Source: Camelus ferus (Eukaryota). Taken from it: a DNA stretch of 64,000 nucleotides. The position numbers and the translations under genes are program-made. Of the stretch, positions 1 to 11,137 are shown piece by piece. Location: contig NC_045699.1 in assembly GCF_009834535.1 (NCBI RefSeq), positions 75,206,001 through 75,270,000 on the forward strand, in the 5' to 3' direction. Under the pieces are notes generated by a model, which worked only from the letters and a program-made list of their open reading frames with translations, was not told where the DNA came from and did no database searches. Within the stretch, counting starts at the first letter, position 1; every line of letters begins with the position of its first letter.

Positions 1-946
1 CGTGCAGTGTCTGGAGAGACTGAGGTGCAAGCCGCCTCACACACAGCTGAAGATAAAAGCAAAAGGCACAACATCCAAGGACAAGATTAAAGTCAAACAC
101 ACCTGAGTTACAGAGGTGCATGCATTTATCAAAACTCAGCTACATACACTTGATTTGTTTTATCATATGCAGATCTCGCTCAGAAGAAAAAGAAAATTAA
201 ACAACACTAAATTCTAGTTAATGGGGAGGGAATGTGGCACCCTGAGCTGAGATTTTTTTGTAGCTGGTGATGAGCATATAGATTGATTTTACTATTTTGT
301 CTACTTTTGAACATGGTTTCATAGTTGAAATATTCCCTGATAAAAAGTTTAAAATTCACAAGCTAACATGAGATGCCGTGTTTTAACTGACTGGACTAGC
401 AAAGATCAAACATGAATGGCTCCCTAGTTGGTTAAGGATGAAAACCAAGCACCCCACACATGCCTGGTGGTTCAGCCTTTGTGTGGGGTGGGAAGTGTAT
501 CCCCTGACCCAGCAAGTCTCCTAAGGACTTGCCCTACAGACTGGCCCTCAAATGCAAGAAACACTGTCCGCACGAGACCACTCACTGCAATAACGAACGG
601 CAAGAGCTTGGTCAACCGAGAGATGCCAGTCAGCAGAGACCCAGGGGGGCCTCATGGGAAGGGGCCTCGGGCAGGAGGCAGGGAGAGAACGCTCTCACCG
701 TGGGACGCCTCATGCCTCTGAAACTTGAAGCACATGCACGTGTGACCCGCCCAAAGAATAACCATCTAAGAGCCAACACCAAGCTCTCCTGCAACACCCA
801 GGCACAGCTGTTCCCTGGCACACAGCTGACCGGGGATCCTCCTGTCCTGGGTCAGCTCTCGTCCCTGGAGTGCTGGCCGTGGTGCTGAGGGGCCTGTTGT
901 CCGAGCGAGTCTGGGCAGGCAGGGGCGGGGAGGGGGGGATACTCAC

Positions 947-3900
947 CGTGATGACGTCCAGGACGCTGAGAAGACTGTGGACGCTGTCTCCAGCCAGAAC
1001 CTCTTTGACCACCACCTCAGTGCCATCCTGCACTTGGGAAGCAGAGCCGAGTTATCCACTGTGTGAGGCCAGGCCAGACCCAGGCCAGCTGGGCAAACCA
1101 ACTGCTACCACCGCTGCTCCAGGGGGGCAAAGGTCGCTCCGAGCAGACTTGTGGGAATGCGGTATGAACAGCTCAAAAGCAGAGAGCAGAAGAAATGAGG
1201 ATGAGGCACAGGAACAAAGAAGCCAGCCCAGCATGGCCTCTCGGCCCCGTGGCTTGTCACTGCTGGGTTGATTGCCTGAGTGAGTTTGCTGGCCTAACTA
1301 AAAGGGCTGTGAGGACCAAATTTAGTTATTCTCAGCATAAATAATAGCATTTTGACATATCATTCCTCTGGATTAAGAGAAAGAAAGCCCTGCAACGCTG
1401 GTGATTTAATACAAGAACTTCATCTCAGCACAACCCAGGAAAACCCCTCTGAACTTGTTCAAACCCAGCACTGGTCAGTGTCCATGAGCCCGTCCATCTG
1501 GCCCAGAGGCTAGGCGTTTGTGGGGAAGGCCTCCCAGCTGGATGACATTGAGGCCCCATCTGGAGGCCATTTCCTTTCTAATTACCCCATTAGGTCGGCG
1601 CAGACAAAGCTGCACCTGTGAAAACCATGCCCTAACAATGCCATGGTCGAGAAGCCCGAAGGACACACAGGCGCCCTCCTGGGTCAGGGCCCCTGGGGCC
1701 GGCAGGTGGGGACTTTCAGGAGGCCCGGGATTCCGTAAGTGTCTATGGCGGGAAGCCTGGGTTAGTTCCCGCCTGGAAAGCAACACACCCTTAGCAGGCC
1801 TGGCCTGGAGGTCACCCCCTGGCAACTGTGATTCACAGGTATAATCCCACAGAGGTAGGAAGCAAGAAGTCAGCGTCCAGCTGAATTAACTTGATGAGAG
1901 TTAAAATTAATTATAATCTGAAGGCTGAAAATAGGCCGGGATGTGACCGATCATGGCAGATCAGCACTCAACCACTGAGGTTTCCGAGGACGTGGGAGAG
2001 ACTTTTCAAAACGCTTCCAGCCTTGGCAGTGAAGTGCAGAGGTGAGCCCGGCGCATGGAAGCACGTGTGCAGGCGGAAGTGAGAGCGCCCACGGCAGCAG
2101 CTGCGCCCCGCCTGCGGGTCGGAGCCTGCCTTCTCCCCACAGAGCTAAAACTTGAAGTTTCGCACTAACTTGTCAATGGAAAACAGAAACAAGTTTGAAG
2201 CCGGCCGACCTCCGAGTGAACACATGATAGACCCCTAGCCTGCCCGCCAAGCCTGAGGCCCTCACCGTGTCCTGGGTGCAGACTTCCAGCCGCCCGTCCT
2301 GCACCACGTAGACGCTGGTGTCTGGCTCCCCTGGCCGGAAGACATACTCCCCTTCGAGAAGCTGCACAAAGACCATGTGTTTGCAAAGTTCCAGGAACAG
2401 AGGCTTCTCAAAGTGACCCAGGACCCTACAAGAAACAGAGCGCACGTGGGACACCTTCCGGGAAGGAGGGAAGGAGAGGAGGATGGGAACAGGCCACCCA
2501 CCCTGCCGGCCAGACCACAGAGCCAGCTTTCAGGGTCTGCAGAGCCCACAGCACAAGCGCCTGGAATCACCATCAGGGCAGAAGCTCAGACTCAGGAATT
2601 CCCCTAGCCGTTTTCCCATCAGCTCACAGAACCCTCTAGCCACGACTGTGAGCTGGAACCAGACGCACAACCAACGGCCGGGAAGGAAGAGCCAGCGGAG
2701 GAGGGTGTCCAGGGAGGCGGGGGCCAGACGCTCGACCTCCCATCAGCCACGTGCTTCCCGCACTCCCTGCACCCCCCTGAAGATGAAAACGCCAACAAGC
2801 AACAGACACACAGAGAAGAACCGACCAGGAGGCTCTGCTCACCGCCCGGAGGGCAGACACGGCAAGAGGAAAGGAGCTTTGCCGACCGATGAGAGAGATG
2901 TTCACACACTGGGGTCTGGGGACGCCGCTCCGGCTTACACGTGGGTTAATGTGAATGTGACGCTGACCACAGCAGCCTGCGTGAGGCCCATCCAGCAAGC
3001 ACTGTGCATCTGCTTTCGTTATTAAAGGAAAGGGTCAGGGGTGAAGGGCGTCCAGGCTGAAACTAAAGACCAAGTGCCCCTCCTCCTGGGACGCCAGTGC
3101 CGGCCCTCCTTCGATGCTGACTCCCTTCCGGGTGCCAGGGCCACACCGACTCACTGTGTCGTGTTGATGTGGTTTTTTGGAAACCTTGAAGGAAAGTATC
3201 CCTGACTTATTTGATGTTCTTTGCTCTGACAAGGCATAAAACTGTGCTGAAAACTATGCTTCTCTGGAGCAGCTCCTCAGAGTTATCTGTGAGGCTGTCT
3301 TTCCGGCTACAGTTCTTAGGTTGGTCTCAATAAAACTGTTTTCTATTCCTGTTACAAACTGTTTATTGATTACTTTCATTGACACAAGCATCAGCGGCCA
3401 CAGGGAAAGGAAACCTCGGAGGCCAGGCCAAAGGCAGTCCCCTGGCACAGCGCAGGCACACACAGGCCTCCCGTGTCCACCTCCTCTCTTACCGAACATT
3501 TTTCAGCATGTACAAAACTTCTGACGGCAGGTGGGAGTTCTTCACGTCAAACTCCGTGAGGTCAGCCTCCAGCAGGGAGGGCGGGGGCTCCTTTGGCTGC
3601 AGGGTGGGGTACTCCTTCTTGAAACGTAGAATCCTACAAGGCAGAGACAGGTGCATCTGGAGGAGAAGCCCACAGGGTTCAAAAGCAGACAGGGAAGCCG
3701 CAGGCAGGACATGCGTAGGCTCGCTAGTGCCCATGGGGGAAGGTGGCTGGGATGAGATGTGGTCTGAAGGGCACTCCCAGTACCTCTTGGCCAAAGACAG
3801 CACCTTGGTCCTCTTCCTCACCCGCTGCCTGGGGGCGGGTGTGCTCCCCACAAGTGTGTGGGGGAGTGTGGTCACCTGCAGGGTGAAAGGGGGAGGCCAA

Positions 3901-6900
3901 GTCTGCATCTGCCACTGGCCAGATCCAATTCTCAGCCTCAGGGTCAGTCCCAGCCCTCAGGACCTGCCCCACCTCTAGGCCTGACGCCAGCCTCCGAAGT
4001 CTGGCCCCACCCTGCCCACCTGCCCAGGAGAAGAGAACAATCCTTGGTGCTGTTGACAATGATGCTGCACGGCTGTGTCCCCAAACAGCCAGGGCTCTGA
4101 TAGCCTGAGTCCCCAGGCCTGTGTCCCCTTGGCCTGAGGTGGATGCTCCCTACCTCACACCCATCAGGCTGGCATGGTGACCCCTCCCCTCCAACCCAAG
4201 TGCCCTGGTCTGGAAACCTCTTCACCCTTCCTCATGGCCAAGGCCCAGTGGACTGCCCTGAACATGGTGCTGAGCAGCACAGAGGGCCTGGCCCCAACCT
4301 GGGTATTGGCCGGCCCCCTTGCACAGCCACTGCCCCCTGCTGTCCCTCAGCTCCCCGTGGTGCCAGCTGTGGTTGTCAGGGTATCCTTCCCTCCAGGGTG
4401 CCCCAGCACCTTAGCTCAGCCAGCTCACTGCTGCACAGGCCACAGTGGGACCACCAAGGGACAGATCCCCCATCCAGCCACACACCAGGCCTTTGAGACC
4501 TGATCGGGGTCACTCGTGTGGCCCTGCCTGAGCCTGCGGCAGGCCCGCTCACCATCCCTGCACCAGAGCTGGCCCCTGCCACACGGAACAGGCTGCAGGG
4601 ACCACAGCCTATCAGCAGCTTCCACTGAGCGTCCCTGCCCCTGCCTGACACTGGTGAGGGTCCACGAGAGGACACACCCAGGACCCCTGTCTGATAGTTC
4701 AAGTTCTCTGCAAAGAGCATGGATTGACCGGATTAACCGAGTAACCTGAGAAAAGTAGCAAATGGAAGATATTTATAATAGCAGCAAATATTGTAAGCGT
4801 GCACTGTAAGCACAGTGAGGCTCGGGCAGTCTGATGAGCCTCTTCTGCCCTCAGTGGGTAGGAGGGGGCTGGGGCCAACCAGCAAAGTCTGTACCAGGTT
4901 GCTTATCCCCAGGACAGGTGCCTGACACTGGAAAATGAGGCCCTGCAGCTGCCACCTCGTGGGTCCTGGCCCTAAATCCTGGCAGGATGACCAACCCCAG
5001 CCCCGGAGCCAGGCCCCTCTGTGCCATGCACTCCAGGGAAGCTCCCGAGAGGGGCTCTGCCCTCTTTCCCAGCTCATGTCCCCTCTCATCTCCAAGGCTG
5101 CAACCCAGACCTTCCAAGCTCTGGAGCCCCGCCCAGCCCCAGGCACAGGCCAGCAGGAGCCAAGGCGTCTGAGGGGTGGAGGCCGGGGTGTTGCAGGAGG
5201 AGGGCGGCCTATGTGCCGGGGCCGCAGCACCAGTTACCTTCCTCATGATCTTCCTGCCGTAGAACATCACTTTGTCTCTCTTCCGGAACCTGTACTGAGG
5301 AGTGGGCTGCACCTGTCCTGCAAGGGGAGCCAAGGGGCCGCCTGAGCCCAGCCAGGCAGCCGCAGGGCAGCGCTCTGCAGGCTGAGCTTGCTCTGCCCCG
5401 GCGGCACCACGCAGCATCTTGCCCCAGGGCTGCGACACACTGTGCAGAGGAAGCGGGAACTGTGTCTCTTCTTGGAAGTGACAGCCAGGAAAGTTGAGAA
5501 CCGACTCAAAGTCTCATGGATTCGACGTGCTCAGCCTCAGCCTGGACTGGCCATCAGTTTCCGACAAATGCCACCACAGGCTTGAGAGCTGCCAGCAGCA
5601 GCTCAAAACACGTGGCAAGTCACCCAAACCTCCCCCATCCCTCCAAGCCCTCCTCCCCTTCCCTCTAGAGCCAGAGTCTGAAGCAAGATACTCACGGAAT
5701 CGGCTAACCCTTCTGTATACAAAAAAGATGGTGATGCCAACAAGAGTCAGGGCCAGGAGAACTCCAATGGCAACCCCCACCAGCTGGGCGAGATCACAGA
5801 CAGAGCACCCATCAGCAAGGCCGCCATGACCCTCCCAACCCCAGCTGGGCACAAAGGGCCCCGAGCAGCCAAGGGTGAAACAGGCTGTAGGTCCCGGGGC
5901 CCACCCGTCACCCAGAGCACGTGAGGTGGTTACCATGGTGGACTGGGAATGCTGCTCCGTCAGCTGCAGGCCCCAGGACCAGAGGGTGGCCCCCAGAGAG
6001 AAGCCCTCCTGGAGGAGAAGGCTGCCATCAGGGAGGGCCGGGACCAGCACAGCCCTGACCTCCCAAGGCAGTGAGAACAGAGCTGCGCGTAGGGAGAAGT
6101 CAGCAGCCCTGGAGTCCTCCAGAAAGAGGCCACCTTCCAGGATGCTAAGGCCCTCTAGCACACCTGCTCAGGGGAAGGGCACCCTGGGAACGGCTGGGGC
6201 CAGCCACTGTGCTGCAGTGACAAACGCTCTGGGCATCATCAGTGCATCTGAGTCCTGAATCCTCAGCTTTCCAGGTCCTTAGGCACAAGTCCAGAGGAGT
6301 GAGCCCAGCCGGCCACAGGGGGTGCAAGGGCCACCCCTCAGTGCCCTCTGGTCACCAGCAGGACCACGCGCTGCTGGCCCCAGGCCAGACAGAAGCCCAC
6401 ACACCAGCAGGGCTGAGAAACCCCAAGGAGCCGACTGGATTTTGAGAACATTAAAGTCCAGCTCACAGCGGAGAAGGGCTACCAGGGAAGGAGTCAATGG
6501 GGGCTTCAGAAGTCCAGACCCCAGGGAGGGAGGGAGGAAGGTAAGCGAGAGTGACTGTGGGATGGTGAGTGGGCACTCACACAGAGGATGCCGGCTGAGG
6601 ATGGAAATGATAAGAAACCAGCCAAACAAGTAGCTCTTCTCCTCTCCTCCTGGTACCCACACTCCTCCTCCCAAGCAGCCAGGAACAGGATAGGGCTGGG
6701 GTGGAGGGCTTTTGTTAACCTCTCAAGTTCCTACACAAGTGCCAAGGACTAAAGCAGCCTTCCCAGTCTTCCAGAGAGCCGGGATCACACACAGCGTCGT
6801 GTGATCCTTGGAGCTCAACCACCACTTGGGGGGCAGCCAGGGCTGTCCAGGGAGGGGTCGCAGAGGTGCCCCATGACCTATTTACAATCTCCTGTGGTTG

Positions 6901-7236
6901 GGCATCTCAGAATTTTCAGCTTTTCAGAGTGGTTGCAATGCATTTAATTTTCTAATTTAGGAATAAAGGCCTTTGTGATGTGGCTACAGATGTCCCACTG
7001 GGAAAAGGCCTTGAGTCAAAAAGCAAGCAGGCTGCCTCAGGAGAAGCAGGAACTGACAAGTGTGCTCTTGGGGACAAGGAGGGAGGGCCTCAGCCCTGGC
7101 AAGGGGAACAGGGGCCCCACATGCCACTCCCACACACTGCAGGCTTGAAGGAGCTGCCGGTAGGGCAGATGTTAAAAGGACACTCTCTCCTCATCCAGAA
7201 ATGTACCTCTGGGCCCGCGTCCTCCTCTTGCTCCAT
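947..7236 (-). CDS. PNPLA7: Patatin-like phospholipase domain-containing 7, 5' part (249 codons; gene continues left of the window). Coding exons: 7207-7236, 5934-6008, 5696-5783, 5238-5317, 3784-3875, 3493-3633, 2266-2425, 947-1027
   Basis: Spliced translation [10 protein letters not shown]|[25 protein letters not shown]|[29 protein letters not shown](TM)|[27 protein letters not shown]|VTTLP...|ILRFKKEYP...YMLKNVR|[16 protein letters not shown]...|[27 protein letters not shown]. All boundaries are GT/AG, phases are consistent, and the total is 747 nt. Matches the NTE/PNPLA7 N-terminus and first cNMP-binding domain. Confidence 0.95.
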
Positions 7237-8469
7237 AGCTAGAAGTGAAACAAACAAAGTGAAAAGAAGAAAGGCTGGTTCCGAGCGAGTGGCCCCCCGC
7301 CTCATGCTCACGTGCAGAGCAGTGCTTCCAGCCCGTCCCCTGGGCTCCTTTCCACATTCTCACTGAGAGGAAAACCCTGATGAAAAACTGTTCTCCGTGA
7401 AGAGAAACTCATTTCAGAAGCAATCAGGGTCACTTTCCTTTCAGTAAATAGCCCTGGTGCGAATGCCCAGGAGCCCAGAACTGCAGCCAAGCCTGGGGCT
7501 CCTCTCTTCGCCAGGCCAGTAAAGGGCAAGCGAGGCCGCAGTTCCGGGCCTCGGGCGGGCACTGGGGCTGGGGCGGGGTGTGCGGCCATGGCCCGCTGTG
7601 AGCCAGACCCTTTCTAGTGGCCTGTGCCAGAGGGTTTCCCATCTGTGGCTGAGCCCTGGCGTTGGGTGTGTGGGTCCAAGGGGTGGCGAGCTCGGGGACC
7701 AGCCCTGCACACCTGGCTTCTGGGCCCTGGGGAGGAGCCAGGTCTAGGCCTTCACCCTGTGGCTCCCAGGCCCCTTAGAAGGGCGACAGCAAGAGAGGGT
7801 TTGTCTCTTCCAAAATCCCGCCCAGAGAAGTCAGGGAGCAGAAGGCAGGTGCGGGGTCTCGGTGCCTTTGCTCACCGGTCAGACGTCCTGGGTCTGCCCT
7901 GTCCCAGGGAAACCCTTTCTTCTCAGATTCTCCTTAAGGGCCAGCAGCTCCCTGACCCCACTCTGCTGCCCAGTCCTGGCCGGGCCGTTCTCGCCCTGGC
8001 CCCAGGCTGGCCGGAACCCTCACGCTCCCCACCACCCGGGCAGCCCGGCACCTGCCACGGAGCGGAAGCGCCTTTCGCGGCTCCACCTGACAGGCCCACA
8101 GGCGCCGGGACGCTGAGGGGCCGGGCCGGCGGAGCTGGCGGCGCGAAGGCTGGGGGGCAGCGGTCTCGGGGGCCTGGTGGCTAGGGGCGTAGCGTTGGAC
8201 GGTTGTGGTTGGGGGCCGTCGGGTTTGGGGGACCCTTCGGGTTGGGGGGTCATGCGAGGCGAGGCCGCCGGATGGGGGGCGTCCAGGTTGGGCCTCGGGG
8301 TTGAGGACTGTCGAGTGGGGGGGGCCGTTGAGTGGGGAACCGTCGGAGTTGCGGCCGTCAGGGCCGAGCGGCCCTGTGAGTCAGTGTGTGTCCCGGGTGG
8401 GCTGGGAAGCCGATGGCTACCCCTCCTCACAGAACCGGACCCCCGGGCCTGCGCTTGGCGGCGACTCAC

Positions 8470-8600
8470 CGGGACCGCGCGCTCCCGACGCCCGCGCTCC
8501 CGTCTCTCCACTCGAAGCCCCGCCCCCCCCACGCCCGCGCTCCCGACAGCCCCTCCCGGTGCCCGGATTCCGCCTTGAGGCTCCGCCCCCGGCGGCCGCG
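8470..8600 (-). other. PNPLA7: Candidate non-coding first exon of PNPLA7 (5' end approximate)
   Basis: Donor CCG|GTGAGT at 8469 on the minus strand inside the island; the ATG exon is preceded by a pyrimidine tract plus AG (ttgtttcacttctag|ctATG, exon start 7238). Confidence 0.4.
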
Positions 8601-8742
8601 CTCCCGACGGCCCGCCCCACGCATTGGCTGGGTCCCCGCCAGCCCCGCCCCCTCGCAAGGCCGAGGCTGCACATTGGGTGCGGCACAGCCAATCGGAGCC
8701 ACTCTCGCTGCGGCGCGGAGGCTGGGTGGCCCGGAAGCTGCC

Positions 8743-8847
8743 GTGAGCGCCGGAAGCGGAGCGCGCCGGGGCTGGGGATTGCGGCACGCCGAGCGGGTGT
8801 CGGCCGCGTGGTGTGCGCTGGGCTCGCGGAGCGTTCGCGTCGTGCAG
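8743..8847 (+). other. MRPL41: MRPL41 5'UTR intron (105 nt)
   Basis: Donor GTGAGC at 8743 and acceptor cgtgcag at 8847, 8 nt before the ATG. Confidence 0.65.
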
Positions 8848-8855
8848 GCCCGAGC

Positions 8856-9263
8856 ATGGGCCTCCTGAGCGGGGCGGCTCGCGCCCTGGTGCGGGGCGCC
8901 GACCGAATGAGCAGGTGGACCAGCAAGCGGGGCCCGCGCACCTTCCTCAAGGGCCGCGGCGCCAAGGGCACCGGCTTCCACGCCCGCGACAGGAAGTTCG
9001 TGCAGGTCAAGGAGATGGTCCCGGAGCTGGTGGTGCCCGAACTGGCCGGGTTCAGGCTCAAGCCCTACGTGAACTACCGCGCGCCGGAGGGCACAGACGC
9101 CCCCCTGACGGCCAAGCAGCTCTTCCTGGAAGCGGTGGCGCCTGCTATTGAGAAGGACTTTAAGGCCGGCACTTTCGACCCCGAGCGCCTGGAAAAGTAC
9201 GGCTTTGAGCCCACCCAGGAAGGCAAGCTCTTCCAGCTGTATCCCAAGAACTTCCCGCGCTAG
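8856..9263 (+). CDS. MRPL41: Mitochondrial ribosomal protein L41 (mL41), 135 aa, single coding exon
   Basis: [30 protein letters not shown]...KPYVNYRAP...[21 protein letters not shown]; Kozak context agcATGg. Confidence 0.97.
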   Translation: MGLLSGAARALVRGADRMSRWTSKRGPRTFLKGRGAKGTGFHARDRKFVQVKEMVPELVVPELAGFRLKPYVNYRAPEGTDAPLTAKQLFLEAVAPAIEKDFKAGTFDPERLEKYGFEPTQEGKLFQLYPKNFPR

Positions 9264-9352
9264 GAGCCCGCGAGCGGAGGACTTGTGCCCACCTTCCTTG
9301 CCCGTCCCAGGTCGGGTGGCGGGTGGGAAGGCGTTTCCCTCGCTGCGTTTCT

Positions 9353-9416
9353 ATTAAAGGCCTTCGCTACCGTACAGGGTTTGTTTCGGGCATCTGTCAT
9401 TCATTGTGAAAATAAA
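9353..9416 (+). terminator. MRPL41 poly(A) signals
   Basis: ATTAAA at 9353-9358 and AATAAA at 9411-9416. Confidence 0.7.
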
Positions 9417-11083
9417 GCGTGCAATGTAGCAGGTTAGCGACCTAGGCTAAGTTCTCAGAGGTTCCATTACCTGTGAAACTGCAAAGAGCCGTTTTCTCAA
9501 CCACAAGGTTCTGGGAAGGAAGCGGGAACACATCGCTTAGACTGCGGAAGAGAATTACGAGGTAACCGAGCCACGTGACTGCACTGGTTAATTCATCCCC
9601 CAGATTCTTCAGCCCGAGGACTGATGAAAATATTTATGGAATCCAAGGTAACTATTTGGGGGGGGGGGGAGGTCAGGTGAAACTGCCCTCCTTGGGACAA
9701 ACCTAGAGACGCCACACAAGCTGGTGTCAAAACTAGGATTTCCCTAGTGATCGCTAGTCTCTTTCCACCTTGTGTTTGCCTGTTTCAGTGCATATAATCC
9801 TGCAATCTTTTAAATCCTGTTTGATATTTAATTGATCTCTGAGTTAAATATCTGAAAACAAACGCTAGAGGAGGGTTCAACATTAATATATTCTGACCTG
9901 TACTGGCATGAGTGCTGTATCATCAGAAAATAAAGCAAAAGATAGAAGTTTTGTGTTTTCTGACTGAACACCTATGTATCCTTAGTGGATGTTGACAAAC
10001 CCCACTGTGGATTGTACTTCAACATCCATTCCTTCCAGAGAGACAAGAAGGAACCTGTCCATGGAAGTTAGATCAGTCACAAACCCAGTTATGTTCTTGG
10101 AGTTAACAGTGTCCAGGCTGGGAAGCTACTTGGTTCACTGAAGACACGATGAGTGAGTGTGACTGAACACGTTTCAAGTTTATGACTCGCCAGGGCAGCT
10201 CAGAATGTGCACACAGCTTTTACTTATCTGTATGGGAGGTTTTACAAGCACTTCTGGTGCCATGATGTGATCTTTTAAAATGTTTATATAAAACTACTTG
10301 GGTTATAAAGTAGCTTTGAAAAAAACCCACTTCATTTAGTTATATAAATAGTTGCTTAAGTAAGTATGAAGAGCTGGAAGTCAAACACAAGAAGCAGAGA
10401 TGATTCTGACTTGGCGGCGGCGGCGGAGCTTTCAGGCCCCAGGGTCCACAGGAGGGGACTGGATGGACTGGTCATGATGTGTAGGGAGAAGGTAGCAGTG
10501 GCAGCAGCCAACAGGGTCACGTGAACCACAGCTCCAGGGTGCAGCTGGGCCTGCTGTCCTCCATCCACCAGGCTGGTAAGAAGGGCCGTCTGGGGTCTCT
10601 GGCCTTGCACTTACCCACTCTCACCTCTCCCCTCCCCTCCTCCCCAGCAGCTGGTGGTAGCAGCCAGGCACTGGGCACCCATCCTAACTGCCCGCCAGCT
10701 GGGCTCCCCAGCAGAGGCTGGGCAGATCCTATCAGGGGATGGTTTTCTGGCCTGGTTAAAGGAAGGAGGAAATTCACACACCAACAGTTTTTGAATAAAA
10801 GAACTGCTCTGGGTTTAAAAACAAAAACACAAGCAACTGACAAGTTTATGACTGGGAACCATGCCCCTCCCACTCCCTGGGCCCCGCAGCACAACAGCCC
10901 AGGGCAAAGACCACTTGCTGCCACAGAATCACCATTTTATTTAAGACAGGCCACCAGCTTTTGTGACTGCGCTGTTCGGTAAAATGCACTGAGCCCCATG
11001 CAGTCACCCGCAGACGGGGAGAATCTTAGTGAGATGGTCTGAGGACACTTCATTCCCAGAAAAGATAAAGTCGCACTCTTGGT

Positions 11084-11089
11084 TTTATT
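11084..11089 (-). terminator. DPH7 poly(A) signal
   Basis: AATAAA on the minus strand ~50 nt after the TGA at 11138. Confidence 0.65.
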
Positions 11090-11137
11090 TGTGGAAATGG
11101 TCCTTATGACTTCAAACCAAGCAACCTCTTCCCTAGC

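Larger units (their letters stand above)
7950..9300. promoter_or_regulatory. CpG island / bidirectional promoter shared by PNPLA7 and MRPL41
   Basis: CpG-dense. CCAAT boxes at 8623-8627(-), 8673-8677(-) and 8689-8693(+); GC boxes near 8583, 8612 and 8645; two CCGGAAG ETS/GABP motifs at ~8731 and ~8750; head-to-head genes. Confidence 0.8.

Noticed and set aside
7432-7446. IRF/ISRE-like GAAAGGAAAGTG near the PNPLA7 start
   Set aside because: Single imperfect motif with non-standard spacing; expected by chance.
8205-8855. 352-aa ORF extending MRPL41 upstream in frame
   Set aside because: Starts at GTG, begins upstream of the likely TSS, is Pro/Arg/Gly-rich CpG-island sequence and includes the UTR intron; stop-codon scarcity explains it.
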